Below, piece by piece: positions 52,926 to 63,995 of a stretch of 64,000 nt of DNA (positions are counted from its first letter, which is position 1; each line of letters starts with the position of its first letter). The stretch comes from Mayamaea pseudoterrestris (Eukaryota), in contig BROI01000032.1 of NCBI GenBank assembly GCA_027923505.1, forward strand, positions 62,001 to 126,000. Direction: 5' to 3'. A program made the translations under genes and the position numbers. The notes below the pieces were generated by a model. It did no database searches. It saw only the letters and a list, made by a program, of their open reading frames with translations, and was not told where the DNA came from.

Positions 52926-55900
52926 ATGCCGAACAAGATTCACATTGAGAGAAGCGACGGCCGCGAGCTCTGTCCACTTTATGGAAACAGCAGTACGCAA
53001 AAGTTTTTATCGTCGCTCGCTGCAACTACATGCTCGACTTCCTCGTCCTCCATTTTCCTGGATTCGCTCGCGCATCTCGAAAACAGTTGCGTCCGACCTT
53101 TGCGATTTGAAAGCGAAAGCGAATATTTTTCGGGAGGATCGGGCAGCGCGGAGCGAAGCAGAAAGAAGCTTGGAGCGTCTGACGCTGACAAGGAAGATGA
53201 CATGCTTGCCGTTTTGCTGCGGCATTCATCACCGACAGCTTACAAACGAGCTTTGCAATTACAAAATCCCATGCTTGGAAGCAAGGCGCCGCTACATGAT
53301 AGTACTGCGACGGAGACGACTCAGACCTACCATGGCCAAAGTCAGCAATGGCATGATGACCACGATGAAAGCTTGGTGCTTCGGAAGATTACTTCGCCAA
53401 CATCATCATCGTCTGAGTTGGCAAACAGCATCGTATTGCCTCGTACTTTGGCAGATCCTCACGCATCGGATGACGATCAGGCGATTGTCGAGGAAACGCA
53501 ACATCGCGAAGGTATTTGGGTGGTAAGCGAAGAAGGAAGTACTGCGAATGATATGAATGAGCTGCACTCTCCACACGGCAATGATGAACATTCGCAACAA
53601 AGCAACGAGCATTGCCCATATACGGTTGCTGAACTGCATGATGCTTCTCGTGCTGTAACAGAAGCTGCAGCGTGTGTAGATGCAACTCCGAAAGTACGAC
53701 GCCGCGGATCGCATTTCATGAATTTGACTCCGGCATCAGGACAAGTAACTCAAACGCACGACGAGTCAACGTCTCATTTAAGTGCATGTGCTTGTACAGT
53801 CAACGCCAACAAGCCACGAGCACGACGGCATGGATCGGATATTATGACGATGCAAATGGAGTCGCCTGCGGCTCCGATCGATGCGGGGCTGCATCCTGCA
53901 ACGCCTTTTGTTGATGTTACAGCCACCAACCCCTTGACGCCAACGTCACAGATAAATCAACTAGAAATCGTGGACATGGAAATGGAAAATGTATGCGACA
54001 ACTCACTGCCAGGACATCAAGAGCTGACATTTGATAAACAGCACGCTGCAATTAACCAACTGATCAACAAGCAGGTAGAGAATTTGACTGATGGGCGTCA
54101 GCTGCAAACACCTGCAACAGCAGAGCTAATTTCAGAAACAAAGAAACGGCCGAGGCGACATGGATCGAACATGATGACAATGCAGATCGATTCTCCTGTA
54201 GTTGATGGCGTGTCAGGAAGTGCAACATTTAATACTCCAACAATGCGGACAGGTAAACCGAACGCACGACGGCATGGCTCAAACATGATGTCGATGATTA
54301 CTGCGCACGTGATGTTTTCGTCTGATAAGGCATCACCTGCGACGAAAACTACTACCGAAATGAAAACTCCGACGACGCATCGTCGACCAAGACGACATGG
54401 TTCAAATATCATGACCATGGTGAACGATTCGGCAGAGGTAGAAGACACAAATTATGACAAAGTGATGACATCGGCTGAAAAGGAATCACAGGCAAAGCAA
54501 AACAAAATAGCTGCAGCAGCTTTGCGAGACAGTCTTGAAATTGAAACGCAGGCGAAATCGCCTGCCGAATGCGACTTCAGTATGCCAATCGAGCGTGCAG
54601 TTACATCTCTAGTCAATCAGGAGATGCAAGGGGCAGTCGAGAGTCAGCACAACTTTCTGGACGAGCTACTAGGGCATACCTTTGAGGAACCTACCGGTAG
54701 AGTGACTCGAGACTTATTATCTTTGGGTGACGAAGGATACGGCAATACGCCCGAGCACAAATTGCTGGTCGCGCATGACGATGCATTTGAACTTGACGAC
54801 GAAGGCAACATTTTCCGTCTCCTGGAGGAACAACAAAAGGAGCGAGCAAAGATTTGGGCATCGCCAATACAAGTGCCAGACGTTGACTCTGTATTGACAA
54901 ACAATAATGCCAGGCCAGTCTTTCGCCAACCCAAAACGGCTGACAAATATACCAAAACCTTTTGCGTGTCAAAAGTAGAGCAAGATTCACCGCAAGAAGC
55001 AAACACGGCAATACAAAATGAGGGCGCGCCTATAAAGCGCGTGAAATTCGGACTAAGCGAAGTGCGAATCTACGGGCTTGCTGTCGACAGTCCACGTGGT
55101 CCCATCTCGTCGTCAAAAACGTTGCGAAGCGGTCGTTCCAAGCGGCACGTTGTTGAATGTCCACTTACATTGGACTGGGCTTACGCCTCGCGCACCATTA
55201 CCTACCCCGCTCTGGAGCTTGGCTATACAAGCTACTTCTGTAACAGTCGTTTGAAACCATTGTCAGTGCACAAAAGACGTTTGCGGGTTGCTGCGGTGAA
55301 TGGCTGGAGCTGGGAGGAGCTCCGTTTAGCGGAAGCTAAAGCGTTATCCCAGCATGCAGTTGATTTGATCAATGCATCTTCGAAATGGAAGCTGCTTCCC
55401 AACAAGCACTGGCATTATCAGCATTGTGCTGCGGATGTTCCACCCGACGACGATCGCTGGTGCGACCTTGCTGATTTCGCTGACACGCCTCCAGTCGACA
55501 GAAGCCGCCACGAGGAAGCAATAGCTTCTGAAATCACAGAATGGAAGCGAGTCGTCTTACCTGGTGCAACAACGTCTCAGTCAAGCTGCGTGTATAGCTC
55601 GGACAATGGTCTTGATGCCGAAATCCAGGATTTGGTGCGTCTTTTCAAGCTGAATCAAGAGAGTGTTGCTGATCTTGACTTCAATCGTAGTGAATGGCAG
55701 GTCACCTCATTCGATGAAAATGAAGCTGATCATTGCTCAGAAACTGCAGACGGCAGTCAACATAGCTTTGGCGAGTCTCTTTATTGGAATGCGCTATTAA
55801 ACCATCAAACGGATGCTACTAAATGCACGAGCAAACCCGGTGAAATTTTGTCGCATCAGCCCACGCTGCTGGACAGTTTGGATAGTCACTACCGCTTGCA

Positions 55901-56234
55901 CCAAGGTGGGCGGGTTGCGATTGCAAGGGATGGTGTTTTCCGGCGCCACGAACAAGTCGCGACGACGGAACAAACGGAGTCGCACTTGTCCGCTGACGAG
56001 CCAGCTTCTGTCATTCCCTTCGAGCTGGTCCCTTTTGCGAACATGGACGGCCTTCAGTTGACAGAAGGGCGAGGGATGCCTGACCGACGCGATTTGATCG
56101 TTCCGCCAAAGGTGGCTCTAGTGATGACTACGAACGATTCCGGTCTCGAGGAAGAGTCGAAGGCTGGAACTGATACTTGTTGCATTATCGAGCCACGTCG
56201 AGCGCGAAGACGAGCAGATGCACATGATATATAA
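52926..56234 (+). CDS. Large disordered protein with five RR(H)GS repeats and an RVKF…CPLTLDW module
   Basis: 1102-aa intronless ORF with the repeats and KRVKF motif visible in the translation. Confidence 0.75.
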   Translation: MPNKIHIERSDGRELCPLYGNSSTQKFLSSLAATTCSTSSSSIFLDSLAHLENSCVRPLRFESESEYFSGGSGSAERSRKKLGASDADKEDDMLAVLLRHSSPTAYKRALQLQNPMLGSKAPLHDSTATETTQTYHGQSQQWHDDHDESLVLRKITSPTSSSSELANSIVLPRTLADPHASDDDQAIVEETQHREGIWVVSEEGSTANDMNELHSPHGNDEHSQQSNEHCPYTVAELHDASRAVTEAAACVDATPKVRRRGSHFMNLTPASGQVTQTHDESTSHLSACACTVNANKPRARRHGSDIMTMQMESPAAPIDAGLHPATPFVDVTATNPLTPTSQINQLEIVDMEMENVCDNSLPGHQELTFDKQHAAINQLINKQVENLTDGRQLQTPATAELISETKKRPRRHGSNMMTMQIDSPVVDGVSGSATFNTPTMRTGKPNARRHGSNMMSMITAHVMFSSDKASPATKTTTEMKTPTTHRRPRRHGSNIMTMVNDSAEVEDTNYDKVMTSAEKESQAKQNKIAAAALRDSLEIETQAKSPAECDFSMPIERAVTSLVNQEMQGAVESQHNFLDELLGHTFEEPTGRVTRDLLSLGDEGYGNTPEHKLLVAHDDAFELDDEGNIFRLLEEQQKERAKIWASPIQVPDVDSVLTNNNARPVFRQPKTADKYTKTFCVSKVEQDSPQEANTAIQNEGAPIKRVKFGLSEVRIYGLAVDSPRGPISSSKTLRSGRSKRHVVECPLTLDWAYASRTITYPALELGYTSYFCNSRLKPLSVHKRRLRVAAVNGWSWEELRLAEAKALSQHAVDLINASSKWKLLPNKHWHYQHCAADVPPDDDRWCDLADFADTPPVDRSRHEEAIASEITEWKRVVLPGATTSQSSCVYSSDNGLDAEIQDLVRLFKLNQESVADLDFNRSEWQVTSFDENEADHCSETADGSQHSFGESLYWNALLNHQTDATKCTSKPGEILSHQPTLLDSLDSHYRLHQGGRVAIARDGVFRRHEQVATTEQTESHLSADEPASVIPFELVPFANMDGLQLTEGRGMPDRRDLIVPPKVALVMTTNDSGLEEESKAGTDTCCIIEPRRARRRADAHDI

Positions 56235-56560
56235 TTCGACTATGAAAGACCTTTTCTACTGGTAGATATATCTGTTTGGTTGTGAAATTTAGATGCAACT
56301 ACTGTATGAATCCAGTTTACAGTTAGATTAGACATGTCGAGCTGCAATGGTTATGACTCGGATGGTCATTTCACCTAGGCGGGACTGCTTGAATGAGGTG
56401 GGCAATACTGTTTCTTCAATGACGAGAGTGAAAATACAGAAAGGTGGCCCTTTGGGTCATTTTGCTTGGTTGTTGCGACTGCTGATGCCTCGTCGTCGTC
56501 GAGCCGATCACCCTCCTGTTGCTACCAGAGACGTCCATCATCTTATTTGTGGATCAGAGT

Positions 56561-59314
56561 ATGGAGACAAAGCTGGACGCAGCAGTGAAGAGTAGCACTA
56601 AAGAAATTTTCAATTATCATTCGGAACAACCAAAAACCCCTGTAGCGTCGTCCCCACTTTCGGCCTCACTTCATTTCGTGCGCACCACTTCCATTGAGAC
56701 ACCGACGGCTCGAGGCTTTCTCCGGTCTCTCAGCGACGATTTGCCAGTCTTCAAGAGTCCTTCAAAGAAGCGTACTGCTCGGAAAAGCTTGAAGGAAATT
56801 CTCGGAGAAGAGCCTTACAGTCCTTGTTCCGGTGACGATAGTTCCGCCTGCTCTGCTCCTGCACACTTTCAACGCTACAGTCCGAAATCGACTCTTTTGC
56901 TGTCTACTACAAGTCATACCTTTCGAAGCAGCGTGGCGGAACGATTACGGAGTAAATTGATTGATCAAGAAGGAGCAATTGTGGCGAAAAAAGACCATAC
57001 ATTGAGCGACATCAATCCACAGAAACAGCAACACCATCAGAATCAATCTACAATCATGACGAGCTCGGACGAATCGAAACAAGCCGCTCCATCCAGTCTC
57101 AAGGAACGTATTGCAATGTTTCAACAGGGAGCAGAGAAGAAACAAGCAGTCATAAAGGACAGTTCCAGATTCAAAATGCAACCCAGTCGACGCAACAGCA
57201 AGGACGCTTTGGATGATTCTGAACCAACAGCGCAGGCGACACCCGACAAGACAGCATCGGAAACAAAAGTACCTACGTTGAGACGGACTTCGGGCGAAGG
57301 AGCAGGTGTAGCTGACGCGGTGAAAAAGTTGCAGGCGCGCAATAATTCTTCATCGACTCAGCCTAACGACCAACTGCACGACAGTGACGAAAGTCAAGAC
57401 GAATCGGCACCCAAAAAGCGACTGTCACAGTCTTATCTCAATAGTACGGACCATTCTGCTCGAAATGGCTCCGTTCCTTTTGGTGCAATGTATACCAAGC
57501 CCTCCGTCGCGCCGTCGTTTATTGCTAATGACGCTGGAGCCGAGACAGATGATGCCAGCGTTGTCATTGAAACGGACGAGCAAAGATTACAACGAAAAGC
57601 ACGGCGCCTCGCGGACAGGGAAACGCCTGACTTAAAAGATACCAATGCACCAGGAGGAGGTAGTTTGAGCTCGGATGATGAGTCTATAGCACCCGATCGA
57701 CAAAGACGCGCAGGCAAGCGAAAAGTCAAGCTGAGAGCACGTGATTTAGGTCTCACCGAAGCGGAGCTAAAAAGCTTGAGCCCACAAGAGCTGCAAGAGA
57801 ATATTAAAAAATGGAAGAAAGAGCATCCGAAAGCGGGCGATGAAGAAGATACAACGGAAGACGGTAAAACCAATTCTAATGGAACAGAGCGTGGTCGGGG
57901 GCGTGAAATCGACAACAAAGTGCAGCCACGTAGTCGAAGTCGAGCTGATGTCAAACGGCGAGCCAAGTCGGTTACTCGGCGACCATCTTGCAAAAGTACG
58001 ACTGCCGACGAAGAAATTGAAACAAGCCAGCAAAATTCGACTCGCGGAAGGAGCCAAACAATTAATGAGTCTGATGGTGCGACACAGATATCCGAATCGC
58101 CTCGACGACGGACTGCGAGTCGCCGGCGTAGCTCCAGAGCTGGCTTAATGGATGACGAGGATAGATCAGTGGGGAGTACTTTGACGTCGAGTGCGCCACG
58201 AAGACGAGAAAGGAGCACCACTCGTAGAAAGTCTGGAGCAGCATCTGTTGTCTCGTCAGCCGAAAGTACCTTATCCAAAACAAGAAATACTGCGCGGAGT
58301 AAGTCCGTTGGGCGTACAAGATCTTCAGATGGGCCATCCGCGCTCGGTGCTGCATTAGACAAGGTTTCATCGCATGGTGACTCGAAGAAAAAGATGGACT
58401 CTGGCAGGGACGATACAGAACCAAGCCGTCGTCGGAGCAAGTCCGTAAGCCATTTCTCAGACAAGTCTCGCGGATTAAAAGAACCGTCCAGTCCTTCATC
58501 TTCTCGTGATGACCGAAGATTATCAGCAGACCGCGATTTGCAAGCGTCGCGGCACAGAGAAAGGTCTCGGCGTGCATCTCCGGATAAGTCGCCAGCAGGT
58601 TCTCATCGCCGTTCTCGTTCAAGTGCACCATCATCGCGGCGCAGCAGCAGCAGCAACGATGCTCCGCAGTTTAAGCCCGCTGCCCTTGCGACGTTTGATG
58701 CGGACGCTCTTCAACTGGATAACGTTATATCTTCCAAAAGTGAGTCACCGGTTGGCCGCCATGAACGTAACCGCAAGGAAGGCAAGAAAGAAATTGACAC
58801 GTTCCATGTGAAGCCCCAAAGGGATGCACCGTTGCCTGCCTCTCCCGATCAATCTGATTCCCCGGGCCGCAAGATAACGCGCACAATCTCAGACATGTCA
58901 CCAACGAAGCTTGGCATTCATGCGTTTAAGAAGATACGAGGTGTTTTTGGGACAAAGAGTGGGGAAAATTTCATGGATCAACTAGAAAGTCCCTTGAGCA
59001 GTCCTGTCAAGACCTCTGGCCGTCAGCCTGTCCGCAGTAAATCAGGAGATTCAATATTTGATGCGATTTTTACCGATGAAGGCGCAAAGACTTTTCAAGA
59101 TATTCCACAACGGGGCGTCCTGCGACAGCCTTCTGGTGGCATTGATGCATTTGATGATGAATTAGATAATCGGCGGAAAGGAAGCCGTCGGGGCACGGCG
59201 AAAGATGCACCGCAAACATCGGCGGAAGTTAAAACCATTTTGAAAACTGGCATATCAGAGGAGCAGCTGCAAATGTTGGAAGCAGCTGGATATTCTATAG
59301 CGAAGAGAGGATAA
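56561..59314 (+). CDS. Arg/Ser-rich low-complexity hypothetical protein
   Basis: Long ORF from ATG 56561 with many RSRS/RSKS motifs. No globular family recognised. Confidence 0.7.
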   Translation: METKLDAAVKSSTKEIFNYHSEQPKTPVASSPLSASLHFVRTTSIETPTARGFLRSLSDDLPVFKSPSKKRTARKSLKEILGEEPYSPCSGDDSSACSAPAHFQRYSPKSTLLLSTTSHTFRSSVAERLRSKLIDQEGAIVAKKDHTLSDINPQKQQHHQNQSTIMTSSDESKQAAPSSLKERIAMFQQGAEKKQAVIKDSSRFKMQPSRRNSKDALDDSEPTAQATPDKTASETKVPTLRRTSGEGAGVADAVKKLQARNNSSSTQPNDQLHDSDESQDESAPKKRLSQSYLNSTDHSARNGSVPFGAMYTKPSVAPSFIANDAGAETDDASVVIETDEQRLQRKARRLADRETPDLKDTNAPGGGSLSSDDESIAPDRQRRAGKRKVKLRARDLGLTEAELKSLSPQELQENIKKWKKEHPKAGDEEDTTEDGKTNSNGTERGRGREIDNKVQPRSRSRADVKRRAKSVTRRPSCKSTTADEEIETSQQNSTRGRSQTINESDGATQISESPRRRTASRRRSSRAGLMDDEDRSVGSTLTSSAPRRRERSTTRRKSGAASVVSSAESTLSKTRNTARSKSVGRTRSSDGPSALGAALDKVSSHGDSKKKMDSGRDDTEPSRRRSKSVSHFSDKSRGLKEPSSPSSSRDDRRLSADRDLQASRHRERSRRASPDKSPAGSHRRSRSSAPSSRRSSSSNDAPQFKPAALATFDADALQLDNVISSKSESPVGRHERNRKEGKKEIDTFHVKPQRDAPLPASPDQSDSPGRKITRTISDMSPTKLGIHAFKKIRGVFGTKSGENFMDQLESPLSSPVKTSGRQPVRSKSGDSIFDAIFTDEGAKTFQDIPQRGVLRQPSGGIDAFDDELDNRRKGSRRGTAKDAPQTSAEVKTILKTGISEEQLQMLEAAGYSIAKRG

Positions 59315-59401
59315 ACTGGAACATCGCGAACATATATGTCAAGGATAGTCATTAGTAAGAGCGTACGTTTTAGCGAGGCGTCATTAGCTTAACATACTTA
59401 T

Positions 59402-61096
59402 TTAAGACATATTAGTCTTGCCGCCGTCAATGATTTTCGCAAACACGTTGCCTTCCTGTACAGAACGACTTATCCGATTTTCGTTTCTTCTCGATGCCGC
59501 GTGAGCTTTATTCAGTGACACTAGCGATTGTACCGATCCTCGTGAACCCACCGATTCAGATAGTAATCCCGCATTTCCAATACGTCGCAGATAGGAGAAT
59601 GAGTTGTTGCGCTTCATCCGCATGCCGCTTGTGGAAGTCAGTTCTACCTCTGCAAAGTCAGCCAGCAAGGCAACATGGTAGGCAAAATGGCCATACGCTG
59701 ATGAATATGGAAGCTTGTCCATCATTGTCAAAATATTCGCGTTGTCAAAATTGTCGTGCAATATGTCTCTTAACTCATTCACGCGAACAACAAGTAGTGT
59801 TTGGCTATGAATAGGTGAAGCGTCTACCTTGTCGGTTCCATTGAAATCAGCGTAAGTCACTTCGTGAATTTGAGCAGCAGCAGCAGCATGCTTCTGCTCG
59901 ATACGCTGATGTAGCAATTCAAGTAGTCTCTTCAATTCAGTCTTTGTGAGCATGGCTGCCAACAATGTGGTGAGGCTGCGTTCAAATCGCTTAAACCCAA
60001 GGAACAATGAATGCTTTTGCTGAGTACCACTGAGCGCGACGGATTGAGTGCGCTGTGATCGATTCTCCAGTAAATCGTTTGTTGGTTGCCCAAATGCAGC
60101 AGTCGCGGCGATGTCCTCAATCGAAATACCAACGCTTGTGTCGATAGTTTTATGAAACTGAACAAACTCTTGAGGTAGTAATTGTCCAGCACTCGGTCGC
60201 TGCCGATGGCGGTACGTCAACAGACTTTCGAGTAGCTCATGAAAAGAGTCTGGCAAATCATTTGGTAGATTGGGTAACTCCCGAAGCTTCCGGCCCTTGT
60301 CGGACTGTAGTATGTTGAATGCTTTTTGTAGCTGGTCCGCTGGATAACCAGCGACAAGCACATAGAGCGTTACACCGACACTCCAAACGTCCGTTCTATC
60401 CGTGTAATGGCGCTGAAACATTTCTGGACTACTATAGAATGCGGACCCGGCGTACGTTGTGTGCCATATCAGCCCATCGCCTGCCGCATTTGATTGTTCG
60501 CCCCCTGAGGCCTTTCCCTTGTCCAGACAACCAGATCCAAAATCAATTAAGCGTAGCTCTGCCGTCGGTGACTGATCCATGAACATGCAGTTCTCTGGCT
60601 TGATGTCGCGATGAATCACATGATGCTTGGAGCAATGGTTCACTGCCGACAATATCTGAAAGGCGATGCGCGAAACATCCTCGGTACGTAGCTCTTGATC
60701 AAGGTGCGTCGCCACCAAGTACTCCATCATTTCACCGCCGCTGCAGTACTCGGTGACGAGAGAAAGACTCCGAGGCGACTCGTATATTGCAACTAGTTTC
60801 AAGCAGTAGCATTCGCCTTTGAGCTCCCTCAGCATGTCGACTTCGCCCTTGAGAATGTGAGGCTTGATGGCCGAAAGTAAAACATTGTCTTTGAAAACGA
60901 CACCCTTTCGCAAAATTTTGCAGGCCAGCGCCGGACTCGCTGGTTTGGAAACATCATGCACTAGCTTGACTGTTCCAAATTCGCCTTGCCCAAGCAACAT
61001 GTCCTCCAAGTAGCGCTTGTGATAGTCAGTTTCATTGCCGTCGGCATTTTCAAGCAAATTCCGCGAAGCACTAGGTGACGAGAAACAGGAGCCCAT
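59402..61096 (-). CDS. CAMK/CDPK-like Ser/Thr kinase with N-terminal acylation motif
   Basis: MGSCFS (Gly2/Cys4), LGQGEFG, ACK, HRDIKPEN, IDFG, GSAFYSSPE and DVWSVG. Confidence 0.88.
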   Translation of the reverse strand: MGSCFSSPSASRNLLENADGNETDYHKRYLEDMLLGQGEFGTVKLVHDVSKPASPALACKILRKGVVFKDNVLLSAIKPHILKGEVDMLRELKGECYCLKLVAIYESPRSLSLVTEYCSGGEMMEYLVATHLDQELRTEDVSRIAFQILSAVNHCSKHHVIHRDIKPENCMFMDQSPTAELRLIDFGSGCLDKGKASGGEQSNAAGDGLIWHTTYAGSAFYSSPEMFQRHYTDRTDVWSVGVTLYVLVAGYPADQLQKAFNILQSDKGRKLRELPNLPNDLPDSFHELLESLLTYRHRQRPSAGQLLPQEFVQFHKTIDTSVGISIEDIAATAAFGQPTNDLLENRSQRTQSVALSGTQQKHSLFLGFKRFERSLTTLLAAMLTKTELKRLLELLHQRIEQKHAAAAAQIHEVTYADFNGTDKVDASPIHSQTLLVVRVNELRDILHDNFDNANILTMMDKLPYSSAYGHFAYHVALLADFAEVELTSTSGMRMKRNNSFSYLRRIGNAGLLSESVGSRGSVQSLVSLNKAHAASRRNENRISRSVQEGNVFAKIIDGGKTNMS

Positions 61097-61707
61097 GGTA
61101 AAACAGTTTTACGATGACAACCTGAAGTAAATATAGCGCTCGACGTGATTCCAATTTGTTGTAAGCTTGTCGCGAATTGGTGCATGGGCCAAGGAAGCAA
61201 TGGCTGATGATGGAGGTGCGAAATGACTTGAATGACGAAAGATGCGTCGATGCAGAACAGTTCTTTGCCAAAAAAGATGCAAATGTTTGAGTCTCTAGCT
61301 CATCGTTTCTTGCTTTTGCTTGGAAAAGAAGGGTGTTGTGCAAGCAAGTTATGGTTTCGATGCTTGATCAGCAGAACTTGAATTATAATGACGAGTGAAA
61401 AAGCAAATGCAGCAAACAGACCTAGAAAGTCGCACCGGTACAGAAGCTAGTGCAAGCTCATTCGTATACTCGTAGCATCGACTTGCACACCCATTTGCCA
61501 TCCCTCGCTATTCTCTTTAAAGACTTTGACTAAAAAATACGCTGGACATAGTAAAAGGTCTGTCCATATTCTTCTGGTACCCTACTACCGAGGCTTTTAC
61601 TTTCCCAATCCTCTCGAGCATTTCGTACCTCGACAGTCATGTCGGCTGCAACATATCACAGCAATCAAAATGTAATTGGTTGCTATAAAAGTTTTCTAAT
61701 GTAATAT

Positions 61708-63995
61708 TTACGCGCAGTTTGAGGGGTCGCAGGTACATGCCGACGGGAACTCATTGTACACGGCCTTGCATGCTGCCTCCTCAACGACAAACCGGTTCGT
61801 CATGACCCAGTTGATTCGTTCGCGACAAGAAAAGTCACCGTTTGCATCCGACGTAACGCTATCAAGGATAGCATCCGTGCAACTGTTTGGACAGCCGCAA
61901 TCGGTTACAGTGGCGCCAGCAACGTACTGATATTCCGCACCGACCAAGACTGGCATGGTGAACTTCTTCGTGGCTTTACACTTCGTCGAGGTTGCCACGA
62001 CAATCACGTACCCACTTCGTCGGCCGAATGAAACGGTGATGCTGGAGGAGGTCGAAGGATTGGAACTTGTAATAGTTGCTCCTCTTGGAACTGTCCACTC
62101 GTACGTGTAATCCGATAGGTCGCTCTCCAGTGTGAAGACAACTCCAGACTCCGCTTGGTCCACGACAGTCGGGCCCGTGAGACGTCCGAATGGCTTGTTA
62201 TATATGCGGACAAAGTCAACATTCATTTGTTGAGGGAACACAGTAGAGCTGTCGGGGCTTCCGGGCCAATTTCCTCCCACGGCAAGGTTGAGCAAAAGGT
62301 AGAAGCGCTCGTTGAATGGCCAGTTGTGCGGATCAGTGTCGTCTGGCGTCTTTTCAGAGTATTGAGCGCCATCCAAAAACCACCTTATTCGGTCCTCTTC
62401 CCAATATACTGCGTAGTTGTGGTACTGGCTGTAAAATGTGTCGTCGTTGGGGAGCTGAATCTGCGTACCAGTGTTCGAATTGTTTGGCCACAAGTCGCCG
62501 TAGTGGATGGTGCCATGGACAACGCCCGCTTCTCGCCCGACATTCTCCATTACGTCGATCTCTCCAGATTGAGGCCATTTTCCATAACCTGCAGAAGAAA
62601 TGAATGAAATGTTGGTGAGAAAAAGTTGCTGATTCTAGTTGCTTCAAAGCGACTGGCTCCCAGTCACTTACTTTCATCAGTCGACAGCGCCCAGAATGCC
62701 GGCCACATTCCGTTTCCTTGAGGAATCTGAATGGATGCTTCAACATAACCGTAACGGAAATCCTTTAAACCCTTAGATGAAAGTCGTGCGGATGTGTAAA
62801 CGCCGTTGTCGTTGCGCGCTTCAATTGTCAGCTTTCCGTCGGAAACAACTGCATTCTCAGACTGGTATTTTTGCCACTCGGCATTACCCCAGCCGCACAG
62901 CCCAATGTCGCATCCATCGCCGTTCTGGTAACCCCAGTTGGCCGTATCGACCGCATTTCCGTTAAACTCGTCCTGCCACATGAGCGAGGGGCAAACGTCG
63001 TCGTCTGCCGCAGCCATTACGCCCTGCTCGTCGTCCGTCTCATCATCGTCGCCTGCATCGTACACGACTTCCTCCGGTTGCACCACTGGTTTGTCTTCAG
63101 GTTGAGCAGCGGGTTGAGCTTCAGGTACATCTGCTGCTTGACACTCCGAAGCTTTGCAGCCACGTCCACAAACGGCAGGGAACTCGCTGCTCACAAAGTC
63201 GCAAGCACTGCCTTCGTCCATTCCCGTCGTGTCCATTTTGTACTGCATTCGGTCCCTGCAACTATACGCACCAGCATCGTCCGTGACGAGTGTTGCCAAC
63301 ACATTGTTGGTGCAAGTGCTTGGGCATCCGCAGTTGCCAACGCGGCGGTTGCAGACGCTCGCATCGCAGCTTCCACACACGGCCGGGAACTCTTGACCAA
63401 CCAGCATGCAGGCTTGCGGTTCGTCCAAGCCCAATCTGCCCATAAGATTGGTGATAGCCTCGAGACAAGTTGTTCCTTGATCATCTGTCGTGCGGCTCAA
63501 AACTGAGGTGGTGCAGGTGGAGCATCCGCAGGTAATTTGGCCCGTCAAGTCAAAGGATGACGACTGCGACACAATCGCTTGCTCAGAACTCTTCTTGTGA
63601 GAAATGGCAATCAAGGCAATGATCAAAGCAAGTGCCAGTGGAACAAGAATGGCGATCAACAGGTTGACAGTCGTGATTCTCTTGCGGGCGAGCGGCTTTT
63701 CCAAGACAACTTCCGTGGATGGTTCAGTGATCGTGTTTGCATCCTGAAGGTAGGCGGCGCCCTCCTTCTCGTCCGCGGCAGCTGCTTCACCACTTGGGAC
63801 TGCGAGAGACTCGGAAGGGGAGGTCGCAAAGTCATTCTTTGATCTGATTTCGTCTTGCTTGATGGACTCGTTGTAAGTGGCGCCCTTTGGTTGGGATTCA
63901 GCGTCGCGTGGACTTTCAATCTCGAGGGATGACATGGCGACGCTGGAGCTTGGATCTTGGTCCTCTTGGCTTGAAATGTTGGCAACAATAGTCAT
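61708..63995 (-). CDS. Membrane-anchored GH16 beta-1,3-glucanase-like protein with three Cys-rich modules; 2 exons
   Basis: WQDEF, WGNAEWQ, YTSARL and GMWPAFW are present. The intron at 62589-62671 yields WPQSGEIDVME (catalytic ExDxxE). Also LNLAVGG and the N-terminal TM LLIAILVPLALALIIALIAI. Confidence 0.9.

Noticed and set aside
57433..58464. 343-aa antisense ORF, and the many other shadow ORFs overlapping long genes
   Set aside because: They lie opposite low-complexity Arg/Ser-rich or otherwise well-supported genes and show no independent motifs.
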